A DNA stretch of 64,000 nt. Source: Macrostomum lignano. Its lineage: Eukaryota. The notes under the pieces were generated by a model. It had not been told where the DNA came from. It made no database searches and saw only the letters and a program-made list of their open reading frames with translations. The DNA lies in NCBI GenBank assembly GCA_002269645.1, contig NIVC01002515.1, positions 101,479 through 165,478 of the forward strand. Reading direction: 5' to 3'. Positions 14,613 through 27,000 of this stretch are shown here, one piece after another. The position numbers and the translations under genes are program-made. Numbering within the stretch: the first letter of the stretch is position 1; each line of letters opens with the position of its first letter.

Positions 14613-14826
14613 TCTCACTCCTCTGTGTTCCAGTCTCACTCCTCTGAGTTCCAGTCTCACTCCTCTGTGTTCCAGTCTCACTCCTCTGTGTTCCAGTCTC
14701 ACTCCTCTGTGTTCCAGTCTCACTCCTCTGAGTTCCAGTCTCACTCCTCTGTGTTCCAGTCTCACTCCTCTGTGTTCCAGTCTCACTCCTCTGTGTTCCA
14801 GTCTCACTCCTCTGAGTTCCAGTCTC
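14613..14826. repeat. 21-bp minisatellite (CTCACTCCTCTGTGTTCCAGT)n
   Basis: About 10 units. Confidence 0.93.
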
Positions 14827-15389
14827 GCCTATCTCAATCTCACTCGATCTAACCTTGCCATAGAGACGCAGCATTTTCGCTTTAACTCTGAGACTGCAGC
14901 CAGTATGCAGGTATCCAAGGTGATGTTAACACCTGAGACAATAGCAAACGAAACAGTTTATTAGAATCCTTCCACTGCAACGCCCGTCAAAATCTGAGCA
15001 GAATGGAAGGCAAAAGTACAGCTCCAAGGAGCATTGATTGGCTGCTAGGCAAGTCAACGGACAAAAACGGCAACAATGTTGTGAAGTATAGAAATTTTAG
15101 CTATTCATTCCGCAAATGCTCACCGTCTGCACGCGGTCGTTAGACAAAGAAGACAAAACGTTTGGCAACGCCCAATTTTGCCTGAAGGCTAATATCCTAA
15201 TAATAATTTTAGATATATTTGATTGAATTGACTGATAATTAACTGCTTTCGAGCGTCAAGAGGATGGCATCTTATAGGAGTAGCTCCTATACCTGCAATT
15301 AGAACTGCAGATCCTTGATCCTTACTGGGCAGCGCTCAGGATAGTGCTTTTTAGACGGGTCCGGAACAATTCGCTCCTCGGTTGCATAC

Positions 15390-18300
15390 TCATTTCAATC
15401 TCACCCTCTCAATCTCAATCTCATACTCTCAATCTCAATCTCACATTTTCAATCTCAATCTCACCCTCTGAATCTCAAACTCTCAATCTCAATCTCAATC
15501 TCACACTCTCAATCTCACACTCTCAATCTCAATCTCACATTTTCAATCTCAATCTCACCCTCTCAATCTCAAACTTTCAATCTCAATCTCACACTCTCAA
15601 TCTCACCCGCTTTATCTCACACTCTCAATCTCACCCTCTCAATCTCACACTTTCAATCTCACCCTCTCAATCTCAATCTCACATTTTCAATCTCAATCTC
15701 ACCCTCTCAATCTCAATCTCACATTTTCAATCTCATTCTCACCCTCTCAATCTCAAACTCTCAATCTAAATCTCACACTCTCAATCTAAATCTCAAACTC
15801 TCAATCTCAATCTCACACTCTCAATCTCAATCTCACCCTCTCAATCTCAATCTCAAACTTTCAATCTCGATCTCACACTCTCAATCTCACCCGCTTTATC
15901 TCACACTCTCAATCTCACCCTCTCAATCTCACCCTCTCAATCTCAATCTCACACTTTCAATCTCACATTTTCAATCTCAATCTCACATTTTCAATCTCAA
16001 TCTCACCCTCTCAATCTCAATCTCACATTTTCAATCTCATTCTCACCCTCTCAATCTCAAACTCTCAATCTAAATCTCACACTCTCAATCAAAATCTCAA
16101 ACTCTCAATCTCAATCTCACACTCTCAATCTCAATCTCACACTCTAAATCTCAATCTCACATTTTCAATCTCAATCTCACCCTCTCAATCTCAATCTCAC
16201 ACTCTCAATCTCACACTCTCAATCTCACACTCTCAATCTCAATCTCACACTCTCAATCTCAAATTTTCAATCTCAATCTCACCCTCTCAATCTCAAACTT
16301 TCAATCTCAATCTCACCCGCTTTATCTCACACTCTCAATCTCACCCTCTCAATCTCACACTTTCAATCTCACCCTCTCAATCTCAATCTCACATTTTCAA
16401 TCTCAATCTCACCCTCTCAATCACAATCTCACATTTTCAATCTCAATCTCACATTCTCAATCTCAAACTCTCAATCTCACACTCTCAATCTCAACCGCTT
16501 TTTTCTCACACTCTCAATATCACCCTCTCAATCTCACACTTTCAATCTCACCCTCTCAATCTCAATCTCACATTTTCAATCTCAATCTCACCCTCTCAAT
16601 CTCGCACTCTCAATCTGACCCTCTCAATCTCACACTTTCAATCTCACCCTCTCAATCTCACACTTTCAATCTCACCCTCTCAATCTCAATCTCACATTTT
16701 CAATCTCATTCTCACCCTCTCAATCTCAAACTCTCAATCTAAATCTCACACTCTCAATCTAAATCTCAAACTCTCAATCTCAATCTCACACTCTCAATCT
16801 CAATCTCACACTCTAAATCTCAATCTCACATTTTCAATCTCAATCTCACATTTTCAATCTCAATCTCACTCTCAATCTCACCCGCACAATCTCACACTTT
16901 CAATCTGACCCTCTCAATCTCACAATTTCAATCTCCTCCTCTCAATCTCACACTCTTAATCTCACCCTCTCAATCTATCATTTTCAATCTCAATCTCACC
17001 CTCTCTATCTCAATCTCACATTTTCAATCTCAATCTCACCCTCTCAATCTCAATCTCACATTTTCAATCTCAATCTCAAACTATCAATCTCAATCTCACC
17101 CGCTCAATCTCGCACTCTCAATCTGACCCTCTCAATCTCACAATTTCAATCTCTGCCTCTCAATCTCACACTCTTAATTGTAGAGTATCATAAGATGCTA
17201 CTGTGAGTAGACTAATGTAAACATGCGTAGCAAAACGATGAGGGAAGATGAATCATGTTGCGACTTATGATGAAAGATGAGTCATCTTACCACTGATGAT
17301 GAAATATGAGTCATGTACCAAAAAATTGTCTATAAATACAAACCAAAATCCGAGCTGAAATCTCAGACTCGGAGCAGCCTCAAAAGATCTTGTGTTTTGC
17401 CAGAGCAGCTAACCGAGGCTATATCTCTGAGAGATAATATTATCAATAGATAAGCGTTGTTCAAGTCTTCGTTATTTCGATTAATTGAGCGATTTTATTG
17501 CCGGCTGTTATTGTCCAATTTGACTTTTGCACTCGAGGAATACTTCGACGGATTGTTACACTCTCACATTCGGCCGATTTTGGACTTCAAGGACTTCAAG
17601 AAGACTACTCCGGAGGAAGCGGACTTAAGAAGGTGAGCTCAGCAGACACGCGCGACAAAGAAGAGGAGCCCGCAACAGTAAGTGATCACTGATTTTGTTC
17701 CCAGGCTTAAGTGTCTGGAAGTGGGAGTTCGAGCGTTTAGACACTAGACTTAACTCTCTCTCTCTCTCTCCTTTCCCCTCTCTCTTTCTCTAGTGTGCTA
17801 AAGCGAACTCTTCATAATCTCAATCCCTTCTCAATCTCACTTTCAAGCTCACATTTTTAATTTTAATCTCAAACTTACACTTTCAATCTGACCCTCTCAA
17901 TCTCAATCTCACATTTTCAATCTCAAACTTACACTTTCAATCTGACCCTCTCAATCTCAATCTCACATTTTCAATCTCAAACTTACACTTTCAATCTGAC
18001 CCTCTCAATCTCAATCTCACATTTTCAATCTCAAACTTACACTTTCAATCTGACCCTCTCAATCTCAATCTCACATTTTCAATCTCAAACTTACACTTTC
18101 AATCTGACCCTCTCAATCTCAATCTCACATTTTCAATCTCAATTTCACCCTCTCAATCTCAAACTCAATCTGACCCTCTCAATCTCAATCTCACATTTTC
18201 AATCTCAATTTCACCCTCTCAATCTCAAACTCAATCTGACCCTCTCAATCTCAATCTCACATTTTCAATCTCAATCTCACCCTCTCAATCTCAAACTCAA

Positions 18301-19030
18301 TCTGACCCTCTCAATCTCAATCTCACATTTTCAATCTCAATCTCATCCTCTCAATCTCAAACTCAATCTGACCCTCTCAATCTCAATCTCACATTTTCAA
18401 TCTCAATTTCACCCTCTCAATCTCAAACTCAATCTGACCCTCTCAATCTCAATCTCACATTTTCAATCTCAATCTCACCCTCTCAATCTCAAACTCAATC
18501 TGACCCTCTCAATCTCAATCTCACATTTTCAATCTCAATCTCACCCTCTCAATCTCAAACTCAATCTGACCCTCTCAATCTCAATCTCACATTTTCAATC
18601 TCAATTTCACCCTCTCAATCTCAAACTCAATCTGACCCTCTCAATCTCAATCTCACATTTTCAATCTCAATCTCACCCTCTCAATCTCAAACTCAATCTG
18701 ACCCTCTCAATCTCACATTTTCAATCTCAATCTCACCCTCTCAATCTCAAACTCAATCTGACCCTCTCAATCTCAATCTCACATTTTCAATCTCAATCTC
18801 ACCCTCTCAATCTCAATCTCACCCTCTCAATCTCAATCTCACATTTTCAATATCAATCTCACCCTCTCAATCTCATACTTCAATTTCGCACTTTCAATCT
18901 CACCCTCTCAATCTCAAACTCAATCTGACCCTCTCAATCTCATACTTTCAATTTCGCACTCTCAATCTCACCCTCTCAATCTCAAACTCAATCTGACCCT
19001 CTCAATCTCAATCTCACATTTTCAATCTCA
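15390..19030. repeat. TCTCAATCTCAC-core satellite, interrupted by a solo LTR
   Basis: Units built from TCTCAA/TCTCAC hexamers, with higher-order blocks in 17870-18800. Confidence 0.93.
17179..17814. mobile_element. Solo LTR (636 bp), probably Gypsy-type
   Basis: Termini TGTAGAGT...ACTCTTCA (TG...CA, 7/8 inverted match) with 4-bp target-site duplication TAAT at 17175-17178 and 17815-17818. Confidence 0.8.
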
Positions 19031-19128
19031 TTTTAAGCAATATATTTATGTAAATTTTACAAGTTGCCCAACATCGGCCCTTGCAATGCAGGAGTATAAA
19101 ATAACACCATTAGCAGTCTTGAGCAGCA

Positions 19129-19260
19129 TTAGCTGGGGGTAATTGAGGCTGTGTGGCGACCCCCCAGTCCTTGGACTGAACAGCCGTACGCAGCCTTCAG
19201 ATGCGCCGCGCAATAATTGCACACCTGTCCATTAGGGCAGGTGTAATTGATTATTATTAT
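19129..19260 (+). mobile_element. 3' fragment of the SINE family seen at 54455-54768 (or of its partner LINE), with (TTA)n tail
   Basis: Near-identical TTAGCTGGGGGTAATTGAGG...GGCGACCCCCAGTCCTTGGACTGAACAGCCGTACGCAGCCTTCAGATGC to the reverse complement of about 54530-54617. Confidence 0.8.
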
Positions 19261-20049
19261 CAGTTAATTGGTTGCAACTACCTATCTAACGTATTCTCAG
19301 TAAAGACATCAATTGAAAAGCCTATTAGTCAATTTGTTTTCTATTTAACAAAGTAGCTTACAGTTTAAAGACTATGTAAGTGACGACAAGGTCATGCATC
19401 CGATGTCAGCTGTACAACGCAGTTCTGAGTTTAACACGCAACGACTGAGCACTTACGGATCTGACGGCTTGTGTTCTACTATTTATTTAACTAGTATAGA
19501 TTTTTATTTATCTTGCATATGGACAAAACAACAAATAAAAAATCACGTAAACAAGCAATTGATAAAAAGTATTGAACAAAGCAATGCAACATCCAGGCTA
19601 ATTCCCAGTGGGCTAATAGTTAGATACATAGATAATCTTCTTGAATGCCATCCACAGCAAATAAATCCAAGGATACTCTGCACATACTACTTATAGACGC
19701 GTACAGATTAGCGCAAAAGTATTGTAAGTAAAAAATAACAAAGTCAACAACTAAGGAAAAAAAGAAATAATTTATTACCAGGTAATTGACAACTCCTATG
19801 CGATTAAAGCAGTGAAGCAAAACTGGAAATCTTTATGGACAATTGGAAGGATTTGAAAAATACAGGATTTTCTTAGAAACAAAAATGCAACGGAGAGCCG
19901 CATAATCCAGGTGTGTTGTTGTCAAGCGGTTCTCGACTTCATTGACTCTCTTTATGACAAGGGTCACGAAAGGTCAAGAACGGGATAGGGGGGGTCAAGG
20001 AGTGAATTCTAAGAGTCGAGAGTGGGTTCAAAACGGGGTCATAAGAGGC

Positions 20050-20512
20050 TAAGAGCAGGGTCAGTAGAGGTCAAGAGCAGGGTCAGTAGAGGTCAAGAGC
20101 AGGGTCAGTAGAGGTCAAGAGCAGGGTCAGTAGAGGTCAAGAGCGGGGTCAGTAGAGGTCAAGAGCGGGGTCAGTAGAGGTCAAGAGCAGGGTCAGTAGA
20201 GGTCAAGAGCGGGGTCAGTAGAGGTCAAGAGCGGGGTCACAAGAGGTCAAGAGCAGGGTCAGTAGAGGTCAAGAGCAGGGTCAGTAGAGGTCAAGAGCAG
20301 GGTCAGTAGAGGTCAAGAGCAGGGTCAGTAGAGGTCAAGAGCAGGGTCAGTAGAGGTCAAGAGCAGGGTCAGTAGAGGTCAAGAGCAGGGTCAGTAGAGG
20401 TCAAGAGCAGGGTCAGTAGAGGTCAAGAGCAGGGTCAGTAGAGGTCAAGAGCGGGTCAGTAGAGGTCAAGAGCAGGGTCAGTAGAGGTCAAGAGCGGGGT
20501 CATAAGAGGTCA
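20050..20512. repeat. 22-bp minisatellite (AGGGTCAGTAGAGGTCAAGAGC)n just downstream of the SCAP stop codon
   Basis: Period 22 (20101, 20123). Confidence 0.95.
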
Positions 20513-20563
20513 TTCAGAGGTGAACTACACAGAGGTCAACCGTGGAGACAGCAGGCCGCTAGC

Positions 20564-21031
20564 TCAGGTAAGCTGGCACTCGGGCACCAGCAGCAGGCAG
20601 GGCCCGCACTTGCACAGCAGCATGGACTCCTGGGACAGCAGGCAGACAGGCTGCACCGGGTCGCTTCGAATCCAGTCAGTTGCCAGGCGCACCCGGGACA
20701 GCCGACGCCGCCTGGCCAGGCACCAGACGTCCAAACCGTTCAATCCCGACGACGAAGACGTCACAATGGCGTCGTTGCTAGGCAACAGACAAGGCGGCGA
20801 CCAGGTGCATAGCAAGGGTTGCAAGGGTTGCTGCGGTTGCTGCTGCTGTTGTTGGCAGCAGCTGAGCAGTCGCCAGGCGCCAGTGCACAGACGCAGAAGG
20901 AGCAACTGGCCGTTGGCCAAGCCGCAGACGGCGTGCCGACTTGACACCGACACCGACAGCACCGGTTGGCGCTGCCACACCAGCCGCTTCTGCCGGAAGC
21001 CGCTAGACGATCTGTCATCAGCGGGGCTCAC
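20564..21031 (-). CDS. SCAP: SCAP exon 9 (terminal WD40s and stop)
   Basis: [18 protein letters not shown]...LDVWCL...[13 protein letters not shown] matches the human C-terminus; TGA at 20566-20564. Confidence 0.82.
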   Translation of the reverse strand: MSPADDRSSSGFRQKRLVWQRQPVLSVSVSSRHAVCGLANGQLLLLRLCTGAWRLLSCCQQQQQQPQQPLQPLLCTWSPPCLLPSNDAIVTSSSSGLNGLDVWCLARRRRLSRVRLATDWIRSDPVQPVCLLSQESMLLCKCGPCLLLVPECQLT

Positions 21032-24000
21032 CTGCGCGGGTAGGAGGGGGTGGGGAGAAGGCTGATGGAGAAGGGAAAGTATAGATGTGCGTGAGATTAA
21101 CTTCTTTTCAACCGATATTTGACAGGTAAATTAATTCGTAACGGACAATTAAGGAATATGACGATTATGAATCGATAATTAACGCATCCAGTCATTCAGA
21201 ATCAATAATTAACTATTTTGGTCATTCAGAATCGATAATTAACTATTTTGGTCATTCAGAATCGATAATTAACTATTTTGGTCATTCAGAATCGATAATT
21301 AACTATTTTGGTCATTCAGAATCGATAATTAACTATTTTGGTCATTCAGAATCGATAATTAACTATTTTGGTCATTCAGAATCAATAATTAACTATTTTG
21401 GTCATTCAGAATCGATAATTAACTATTTTGGTCATTAGAATCGATAATTAACTATTTTGGTCATTCAGAATCAATAATTAACTATTTTGGTCATTCAGAA
21501 TCGATAATTAACTATTTTGGTCATTCAGAATCAATAATTAACTATTTTGGTCATTCAGAATCGATAATTAACTATTTTGGTCATTAGAATCGATAATTAA
21601 CTATTTTGGTCATTCAGAATCAATAATTAACTATTTTGGTCATTCAGAATCGATAATTAACGTATTTAGTCATTTAAAATCGAGAATTAACGAATCCGGT
21701 GATTCAAAATCGAGAATTTACGATTTCAGTCATTCAGAACCGATAATTAACGAGTTCAGTGATACAAAATTCGTTATTTAGAATAGATAATATACGAATT
21801 TTGCCAATTTAAAATCCCTAATTAACTGATTGGAGTATTTAAATTCGATAATTAATAAATGTTACAATCGATAATTAACGCAACAGATTAATCAAAGCAT
21901 CGATAACCAATAATTCAGCACAATAATAATCGATAATGAAAAAATTAGAATCCAGAGAATCGATAATATAAGCGATTTTAAGTACCTCAATCTGGTCCCA
22001 GTCGGTACTCACCTGAAACACGGCTCCATCGGCACCCCCGCTGAGCACTCCCCTGCTAGGATAGGCGGCCAGAGCCAGCACAGGCGCTGCGTGCGCCGAC
22101 ACCACCGTGCAAAACGAAGCCGCCCCAGCAGCAGCAGCAGCCGCAGCAGCCGCCGCGGCCGCCCCGGCACCAACAGCTCCATTATTGCTCAGCTGCTGCT
22201 GCGGCTGCCGGATCTTGCACAGCTCCCCTATAGAAAAGAATCGAATTAAATTATCTTCACCGGCCGTGGCCAGCAGGTCGCCGTGGCCGGCATCCGGCCA
22301 AATCAGCATCGAGTGCAACGGCAGAGGCGACGCCCGGCAAGACGACAGCGGTTCAATTCGATCAGCGTCGAGAAGCAGTCGAACGCAGTGCAGCATGCCT
22401 GTAGCCGTAGCTGCCACAGCAACTAACTGACTCTGCTGTACAGTCAGGTGAGTCAGACCCTCAGCTGATAATTGAATTCGGCACTTTGCAGATCCGGTAC
22501 AGGTGAAATCCCACAGCTCCAGGTGACCGTCTGAGCAGCCAACAAGCAGATAGCGCGAATCCGTATCGTTAGTAATGAGACTCATGCACCAAATTGATGA
22601 GGAAGATAAGGTTTGAGTTGGGGATGCTGGATTTAAGCCGGAATTTGATGGGACAGCTTCAGTTGCGGCTGCCAAGTCTGAGTCCGTTGATGCAGCTTGC
22701 GATGGGGAAAGCGATGTCGCGTGGCTTACCTGGAAAAGAGGTCAGGGTGATGAGACTAAGGGTGAGATTCTGTAGGATTATGTGAGTGAGAAAGTATTGT
22801 CTAGGATGAGATTCTTTTGTGGCTATACTGACATTCTCTAGTGTCTAGGGTAGGATTCTCTCTTCTCTAGAGTCTGGGGTGAGATTCTTCAGAGTCTAAT
22901 GGTGAGACTATTTAGTGTCTAGGATGAGATTTCTAAGGTTCTAAGGTAAAAGTCTTCAGAGTCTAGTATGAGATTCCTTAGAGTCTAGAGTGAGGTTCTT
23001 CCGAGTCTATAGTAAGATTCGTCAGAGTCTATGTTGAGATTTGTCAGAGTCTATGGTGAGATTTTTTAGAGTCTAGAGTGAGATTCTTTGGAGTCTAGAG
23101 TGAGAGTCTTTGGAGTCTATGGTGAGATTCTTCCGAGTCTAGAGTGAGATTCTTCCAAGTCTAGAGTGAGATTCTTCGGAGTCAAGAGTGAGATTCTTCA
23201 GAGTCTATGGTGAGATTCTTCAGAGTCTAGAGTGAGATTCTTTGGAGTCTAGAGTGAGATTCTTTGGAGTCTAGAGTGAGATTCTTTGGAGTCTATGGTG
23301 AGATTATTCCGAGTCTAGAGTGAGATTCTTCAGAGTCTAGAGTGAGATTCCACAGAATCTATGTTCAGATTCGTCAGAGTCTATGGTGAGATTCCTTAGA
23401 GTCTATGGTGAGATTCTCCAGACTCTATGTTAAGAACAGCAAGACACGCAGACCCACCCGTTGTCTCAATCCGAGTCCGACATCAGCTCCGTCGCCCAAT
23501 TTGCCATAACCATCGGCTGGACCAACAGTTGCATCACTCGTGACGCAATCGCACTGTCCCTCGTGCTGTAATTGCCTGTCAAAATAGGCCAGCCGACGGC
23601 CAGAAAGATTCCACACTGACACGGAGCCGTCGAGACTGCTGGCCGCCAATATTCGGTCTTCAACGCGGCGCGTTGCTGGACAGTCGGCAGGCGCTAGCGA
23701 GGAGATGCACACCAGATCGACGTCCATGGATGTGGCTGGCAGTACAACAGGCACCACTGTGCGCAGCGGGGGCGGCCGATCAACTGAAATAATTTTTGAC
23801 TCAGATCTCACAAACTCGGACACCCTACACAAGATCTAAAAAACTCGGGCACACTACACAAGGTCTCAAACCCGGACACACTACTCAAGACATCGCAAAT
23901 TCGGACACACTACGAACCCGGACGCCGTACTCAAGATCTCACCAACCCGGACGCTGTACCCAAGATCTAACAAAATTGGACTCCGTGCTCAAGATCTCAC

Positions 24001-27000
24001 AAACTCGGACACACTACTCAAGATCTCACAAACTCGGACACCATGCTCAAGATCTCACAAACTCGGACACACTACTCAAGATCTCACAAAGTCGGACACA
24101 ATACTCAAGATCTCACAAACTCGGACACACTACTCAAGATCTCACAAACTCGGACACCATGCTCAAGATCTCACAAACTTGGACACCGCACTCAAGATCT
24201 CACAAAGTCGGACACCACACTCAAGATCTCACAAACTCGGACACCGCACTCAATATCTCACAAAGTCGGACACCACACTCAAGATCTCACAAACTCGGAC
24301 ACACTACTCAAGATCTCACAAAGTCGGACACCACACTCAAGATCTCACAAAGTCGGACACCACACTCAAGATCTCACAAACTCGGACACACTACTCAAGA
24401 TCTCACAAACTCGGACACCATGCTCAAGATCTCACAAACTCGGACACACTACTCAAGATCTCACAAACTCGGACACCATGCTCAAGATCTCAGAAACTCA
24501 TACACCATATCAAAAATCTCACAAACTCGGACACACTACTCAGATCTCACTAACTCAGACAACTACTCAGTCACTAAAAGTATCACCCTACTCAGTCACT
24601 AAAATCAACACTCAGTCACCCTACTCAGTCACTAAAAGCATCACTCACAAGCTCAGTCACTAAAAGCATCACTCACAAGCTCAGTCACTAAAAGCATCAC
24701 TCACAAGCTCAGTCACCCTACTCAGTCACTAAAAGCATCACTCACAAGCTCTGTCACCCTACTCAGTCACTAAAAGCATCACTCACAAGCTCAGTCACCC
24801 TACTCAGTCACTAAAAGCATCACTCACAAGCTCAGTCACTAAAAGCATCACTCACAAGCTCAGTCACCCTATTCAGTCACTAAAAGCATCACTCACAAGC
24901 TCAGTCACCCTACTCAGTCACTAAAAGCATCACTCACAAGCTCAGTCACCCTACTCAGTCACTAAAAGCATCACTCACAAGCTCAGTCACCCTACTCAGT
25001 CACTAAAAGCATCACTCACAAGCTCAGTCACTAAAAGCATCACTCACAAGCTCAGTCACTAAAAGCATCACTCACAAGCTCAGTCTCCCTACTCAGTCAC
25101 TAAAAGCATCACTCACAAGCTCAGTCTCCCTACTCAGTCACTAAAAGCATCATTCACAAGCTCAGTCACCCTACTCAGTCACTAAAAGCATCACTCACAA
25201 GCTCAGTCACCCTACTCAGTCACTAAAAGCATCACTCACAAGCTCAGTCACCCTACTCAGTCACTAAAAGCATCACTCACAAGCTCAGTCACCCTACTCA
25301 GTCACTAAAAGCATCACTCACAAGCTCAGTCACCCTACTCAGTCACTAAAAGCATCACTCACAAGCTCAGTCACTAAAAGCATCACTCACAAGCTCAGTC
25401 TCCCTACTCAGTCACTAAAAGCATCACTCACAAGCTCAGTCTCCCTACTCAGTCACTAAAAGCATCATTCACAAGCTCAGTCACCCTACTCAGTCACTAA
25501 AAGCATCATTCACAAGCTCAGTCACCCTACTCAGTCACTAAAAGCATCACTCACAAGCTCAGTCACCCTACTCAGTCACTAAAAGCATCACTCACAAGCT
25601 CAGTCACCCTATTCAGTCACTAAAAGCATCACTCACAAGCTCAGTCACCCTACTCAGTCACTAAAAGCATCACTCACAAGCTCAGTCACCCTACTCAGTC
25701 ACTAAAAGCATCACTCACAAGCTCAGTCACTAAAAGCATCACTCACAAGCTCAGTCTCCCTACTCAGTCACTAAAAGCATCACTCACAAGCTCAGTCTCC
25801 CTACTCAGTCACTAAAAGCATCATTCACAAGCTCAGTCACCCTACTCAGTCACTAAAAGCATCATTCACAAGCTCAGTCACCCTACTCAGTCACTAAAAG
25901 CATCACTCACAAGCTCAGTCTCCCTACTCAGTCACTAAAAGCATCATTCACAAGCTCAGTCACCCTACTCAGTCACTAAAAGCATCACTCACAAGCTCAG
26001 TCACCCTACTCAGTCACTAAAAGCATCACTCACAAGCTCAGTCACCCTACTCAGTCACTAAAAGCATCACTCACAAGCTCAGTCACCCTACTCAGTCACT
26101 AAAAGCATCACTCACAAGCTCAGTCACCCTACTCAGTCACTAAAAGCATCACTCACAAGCTCAGTCACCCTACTCAGTCACTAAAAGCATCACTCACAAG
26201 CTCTAGATCCCAGCCGAAAGAGCCAGGCGAGGCCACAGAGCTGACAGCAGAGCATCAGCGCATAGGTAGAAGTCAACACAAAGGTGACGCCAAACAGGCA
26301 GATCGCCGCCAAGCCCCAGGTGCCGTGCAGAGCAGCCGGTCTGCCTAGAAGAAACCACCAAGGCTGCTCCTGCTGCGGCTGCTCAGTTACAGTTTCTTCA
26401 TCAATAGCAGCTGATCGATCTGCAGCGGCGGACTGATAACAAGCAGCGCCCAGATAGGTGACGTATCTCCCAGCTAAGCTGCGATTATAGTGACCGAATA
26501 AACTGGGCCAATGCAGAGCGGCCATCTCTGGCCAGTACCGCTGATAATCTGGATGCTCTACAAGGTCTCCCGACGAGCCCGGGTTTGATGACGCGGTCGT
26601 GGACAAATTTGAAGAGAATGTCAGAGAGCTGTGCAGCTGCCGACTGACTGCCGAAATTAAGCCGCTGGCCTGTTGGATTTTCAATTATCAGATTCTTTGG
26701 AGTCTAGTGTGAGATTCTTTTGAGTCTAGAGTGAGATTCTTTGGAGTCTAGTGTGAGATTCTTTGGAGTCTAGTGTGAGATTCTTTGGAGTCTAGTGTGA
26801 GATTCCTTTGAGTCTAGAGTGAGATTCTTTTGAGTCTAGTGTGAGATTCTTTGGAGTCTAGTGTGAGATTCCTTTGAGTCTAGAGTGAGATTCTTTTGAG
26901 TCTAGTGTGAGATTCTTTGGAGTCTAGAGTGAGATTCTTTTGAGTCTAGAGTGAGATTCTTTGGAGTCTAGTGTGAGATTCCTTTGAGTCTAGAGTGAGA

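Noticed and set aside
20520-22430. Plus-strand ORFs 20520-21065 and 22107-22430
   Set aside because: They are antisense shadows of GC-rich SCAP exons 9 and 8.
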